11,210 bases of DNA. It comes from an uncultured Aquificales bacterium. Its GTDB lineage: Bacteria > Thermosulfidibacterota > Thermosulfidibacteria > Thermosulfidibacterales > Thermosulfidibacteraceae. Below, piece after piece: positions 8,624 through 11,210 of the stretch (positions are counted from its first letter, which is position 1; each line of letters begins with the position of its first letter). A program made the position numbers and the translations under genes. Location: assembly GCA_964411615.1 (NCBI GenBank), contig CAYPLO010000052.1:1-11210 (forward strand), read 5' to 3'. The notes beneath the pieces were generated by a model. The model was not told the origin of the DNA and made no database searches. It saw only the letters and a program-made list of their open reading frames with translations.

Positions 8624-9211
8624 GTGGAGGAGAAGCTTAAGGAGTGGCTCAAGGATATAGTAGTTGCACTGGCCGTGGCCCTGGTCATAAGGGCCCTCTT
8701 AATACAGGCCTTCAGGATACCCTCCGGCTCCATGATACCCACCCTGCTTATAGGGGACCACATACTTGTGGAGAAGGTCTCCTACAGGTTGCATAAGCCC
8801 AGAAGGCTTGACATCATCGTATTCAAGTTCCCCCTTGATAAGAGCAAGGACTACATAAAGAGGGTCATAGGCCTGCCCGGCGACACGGTGAAGATAGTGA
8901 ACAAAAAGGTTTACATAAACGGAAAGCCCCTTGATGAGCCCTACGTTCAGCACACTGACCCTGCCATACTCCCCGGAGACATCTCCCCCAGGGACAACTA
9001 CGGTCCCGTTGTGGTGCCCGCCCACCACTACTTCGTCATGGGAGACAACAGGGACAAGAGTTTTGACAGCAGGTTCTGGGGGTTTGTTCCGGAAAAGGAC
9101 ATAGTGGGGAGGGCCTTCATCATCTACTTCTCCTGCGACTCCCCCAGCTTTTTGAGCCTCAGGTGCTTTACCCATGTAAGATGGAGAAGGATAGGCAAGC
9201 TTATCCACTAA
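8624..9211 (+). CDS. lepB: Signal peptidase I (single N-terminal TM, 195 aa)
   Basis: N-terminal hydrophobic helix, catalytic Ser box IPSGSMIPTL, catalytic Lys box YIKRVIGLPGD, box E GDNRDKSFDSRFWG. Conserved lepA-lepB order and SD AAGGAG inside the lepA end. Confidence 0.97.
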   Translation: MEEKLKEWLKDIVVALAVALVIRALLIQAFRIPSGSMIPTLLIGDHILVEKVSYRLHKPRRLDIIVFKFPLDKSKDYIKRVIGLPGDTVKIVNKKVYINGKPLDEPYVQHTDPAILPGDISPRDNYGPVVVPAHHYFVMGDNRDKSFDSRFWGFVPEKDIVGRAFIIYFSCDSPSFLSLRCFTHVRWRRIGKLIH

Positions 9212-9945
9212 AAGACAAAAGGGTTGTCATAACCCGTGCCAGAGAGCAGGCGGGGGAGTTTGCCCGCCTGGTGAGGGAGAGGGGGGGCATCCCCGTTCTC
9301 TTTCCCACCATAGCCTTCGTTCCCCTGGAGCCTGAGGACTTTGACTGGTCCTCCCTTGACAGCTATCACATCATCATCTTCACAAGCGCCAACGGTGTGG
9401 ACTTCTTTCTCAAGCTTCTTGAAAGTCACTCCCTTCGCTTTCCCGAGGGTGCATCGGTGGTTGCCATAGGTCCGGGAACGGCAAAGAGGCTGGAGGAGGC
9501 GGGGGTAAAGGTCTCTCTCCTTCCCGACAGGTTCATAGCCGAGGGCATAGTGGAGGCCCTCGGGGATGTCAGGGGCAGAAGGATACTCATCCCCAGGGCG
9601 AAGGTGGCCAGAGAAGTCCTCCCCCGGTCCCTGAAAAGCATGGGGGCCCATGTGGATGTTCTTCCCGTTTACGAGACCGTGGTCCCCTCTCTGAAGGATG
9701 CCCCTCTGGACCAGCTCCGCTCTTCCCACGTGATTACCTTCACCAGCCCCTCCACCGTTGCCAACTTTGTCAAGATGCTGGGAAAAGAGGCTTACACGCT
9801 GTGCGAGGATAAAGTGGTGGCCAGCATAGGCCCTGTGACCACCTCTAAGGCCATTGAGCTGGGGATAGAGGTGGATGTCACATCAGAGGTCCACTCGGTT
9901 GAGGGACTGCTTGATGCCCTTTGCCAATTCCTCTCTCAGGTGTAG
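9181..9945 (+). CDS. hemD: Uroporphyrinogen-III synthase (stand-alone HemD, ~254 aa)
   Basis: Motifs 'PLKDKRVVITRAREQA', 'IFTSANGV', 'AIGPGTA', 'VYET', 'TFTSPSTV', 'SIGPVT'. Start is uncertain (ATG9181 preferred, GTG9163 possible); either overlaps the end of lepB. Confidence 0.9.
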   Translation: MEKDRQAYPLKDKRVVITRAREQAGEFARLVRERGGIPVLFPTIAFVPLEPEDFDWSSLDSYHIIIFTSANGVDFFLKLLESHSLRFPEGASVVAIGPGTAKRLEEAGVKVSLLPDRFIAEGIVEALGDVRGRRILIPRAKVAREVLPRSLKSMGAHVDVLPVYETVVPSLKDAPLDQLRSSHVITFTSPSTVANFVKMLGKEAYTLCEDKVVASIGPVTTSKAIELGIEVDVTSEVHSVEGLLDALCQFLSQV

Positions 9946-9948
9946 AAT
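9921..9948 (+). promoter_or_regulatory. Putative sigma70-type promoter for the substrate-binding protein gene
   Basis: TTGCCA (9921-9926), 16-bp spacer, TAGAAT (9943-9948). The -10 uses the hemD TAG stop. SD GGAGGTG lies at 9968-9974 before ATG9979. Confidence 0.6.
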
Positions 9949-9978
9949 ACCTCCAGTAAAGCCGGCCGGAGGTGAGCT

Positions 9979-11097
9979 ATGAGAAGGTTCATTGTGGCTT
10001 TAATCTCCTTGATGTTCGTGTTCGGCCTTTCCCGGGCCAGGGTCATAAAGGTGGGAAGCAGCATGGCCTTTTCGGGCCCCTACTCCCTTGCAGCCCAGCA
10101 GATAGCCAACGGCATAAAGCTCGCCTTTGACGAGGCAAACAGCAAAGGTGTGCTCGGCGGAGACAGGCTGGTCTTCATCGCCTACGACGACGGCTATAAT
10201 CCGGCCACCACGGTGGTCAACCTCCAGAAGCTCTTCAACAAGGACAGGGTGGATTTTCTTCTTGCCGTCTTCGGAACCCCAAACAGCATAGCCACGGCGG
10301 AGAGGCTTGACTACTACAACTCCGTTCTCTTCTTCCCCATAACGGGCTTCTCCCAGCTCTACAAAGGTGTTCTGTCAAAAAGGGTCTTCACCCTGCTCCC
10401 CTCATACCAGGATGAGGCCTCCCAGCTGGTGGAGGTGGCCCATAAAAATGGGGCAAAAAGCATAGGGGTAATCTACTACTCAAACCTCTACGGCTTTGAC
10501 GTTGTGGATGCCGCGAGGATTAAGGCCCGCTCCCTCGGCATGAAGTTCTACAGGTATCCCGCCGCCTCCTACACCCAGGTCAGGGACATCCTTGCAAAGG
10601 TCCTCTCGGACAGGCCCGATGCTCTGCTGTTCGCCGTTCCCCTCTCCTACGTAAAGCCCATGGTGGAGGGAATGGCGAGGGCCGACTACTATCCCCAGCT
10701 CTACTCCGAGTTCTACTCCAGGGTCCCCGACGCCCTTGATGCCCTGCCTCCTGCAAAGGCAAGGCGTTTCAAAAAGGTCTATACGGGCATGTTCCTTCCC
10801 CTCTTGAGCGAGAACTACCCCATGATAAAGGCCTATATAAACGCTGCCAGGAAGAAGGGCACCACTCCCAACTTCGTGGAGTTCGGAGGGTATGTGCTGG
10901 GAAGCACCCTCGTTAAGGTCCTCTCCCTCGTGGGCTCCTGGAGGGACGCCAACGACCTCATAACCAGAGTCGAAAGGATAAGGGACCTTGACATAGGCCT
11001 CCACCAGAAAATCTCCTACTCCCCCACCGACCACATAGGCCTCACCAAAGTGTTTATATACAGAGTTGAGGGAGAAAAGTTTGTTAGGGTGAGGTGA
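9979..11097 (+). CDS. Periplasmic substrate-binding protein, type I fold (LivJ/branched-chain amino-acid-binding-like superfamily, 372 aa); ligand unknown
   Basis: Sec-type signal peptide (MRRFIVALISLMFVFGLSRA) followed by 'IKVGSSMAFSGPYS...GIKLAFDEANSKG..GG', 'YDDGYNP', 'GTP', 'PITG', 'SYQDEA' and 'YG', typical of PBP1 ABC ligand-binding proteins. Confidence 0.8.
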   Translation: MRRFIVALISLMFVFGLSRARVIKVGSSMAFSGPYSLAAQQIANGIKLAFDEANSKGVLGGDRLVFIAYDDGYNPATTVVNLQKLFNKDRVDFLLAVFGTPNSIATAERLDYYNSVLFFPITGFSQLYKGVLSKRVFTLLPSYQDEASQLVEVAHKNGAKSIGVIYYSNLYGFDVVDAARIKARSLGMKFYRYPAASYTQVRDILAKVLSDRPDALLFAVPLSYVKPMVEGMARADYYPQLYSEFYSRVPDALDALPPAKARRFKKVYTGMFLPLLSENYPMIKAYINAARKKGTTPNFVEFGGYVLGSTLVKVLSLVGSWRDANDLITRVERIRDLDIGLHQKISYSPTDHIGLTKVFIYRVEGEKFVRVR

Positions 11098-11106
11098 TTT
11101 TTAATT

Positions 11107-11210
11107 TTATCTCACGGTGATATACCTTGATACACACTCCAATATACTGGCGAGTTGTTCCATCTCCTTGCGTGTGTAGGGGTGTATGTTCTGGCATGAG
11201 GGGTCCAGGG
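11107..11210 (-). CDS. 3' end of a convergent minus-strand gene, possibly an anaerobic ribonucleoside-triphosphate reductase activating protein (NrdG-like radical SAM)
   Basis: Reverse frame reads (xCC)-LDPSCQNIHPYTRKEMEQLASILECVSRYITVR-TAA, with the stop at 11107-11109 and host-like codons (ATA, AAG, GAG, AGG). It resembles the 'TLDP....PY...E.......V..R' C-terminus I recall from NrdG-type activases. Only 33 codons are visible. Confidence 0.5.
   Translation of the reverse strand, partial: LDPSCQNIHPYTRKEMEQLASILECVSRYITVR

Noticed and set aside
11108..11187. Imperfect palindrome TATCTCAC-G-GTGATATA and inverted repeat TACACAC/GTGTGTA suggesting an operator or structured RNA
   Set aside because: The region is better explained as the coding 3' end of a minus-strand gene. 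The pairings are short or G-U-rich and match no riboswitch or ncRNA I recognise.
1..11210. Search for CRISPR repeats, IS ends, tRNA/rRNA, inteins, frameshifted pseudogenes
   Set aside because: None seen by eye. All complete genes have normal family lengths and the intergenic gaps are under 100 bp.

Overview
Core-genome window from a bacterium that is probably a thermophilic anaerobe or microaerophile. This is inferred from heavy AGG-Arg/ATA-Ile codon use and a ferredoxin-dependent TCA enzyme. The + strand carries a TCA-cycle cluster: 3' end of sdhA/frdA, sdhB, sucC, sucD and a four-subunit 2-oxoglutarate:ferredoxin oxidoreductase korDABC. It is followed by a gamma-carbonic-anhydrase-family gene, lepA (EF4), lepB, a stand-alone hemD and an orphan type I periplasmic-binding protein. 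The last ~100 bp hold the 3' end of a convergent minus-strand gene missed by the ORF track, resembling an NrdG-type radical-SAM activase. I see no mobile elements, CRISPR arrays or RNA genes and cannot support a novel system. The best leads are regulatory or physiological: a probable leaderless GTG-start lepA transcript from a promoter at the end of the upstream gene, two similar intergenic hairpins with possible anti-SD arms, a gamma-CA next to a reversible CO2-fixing TCA segment, and a monocistronic orphan binding protein.
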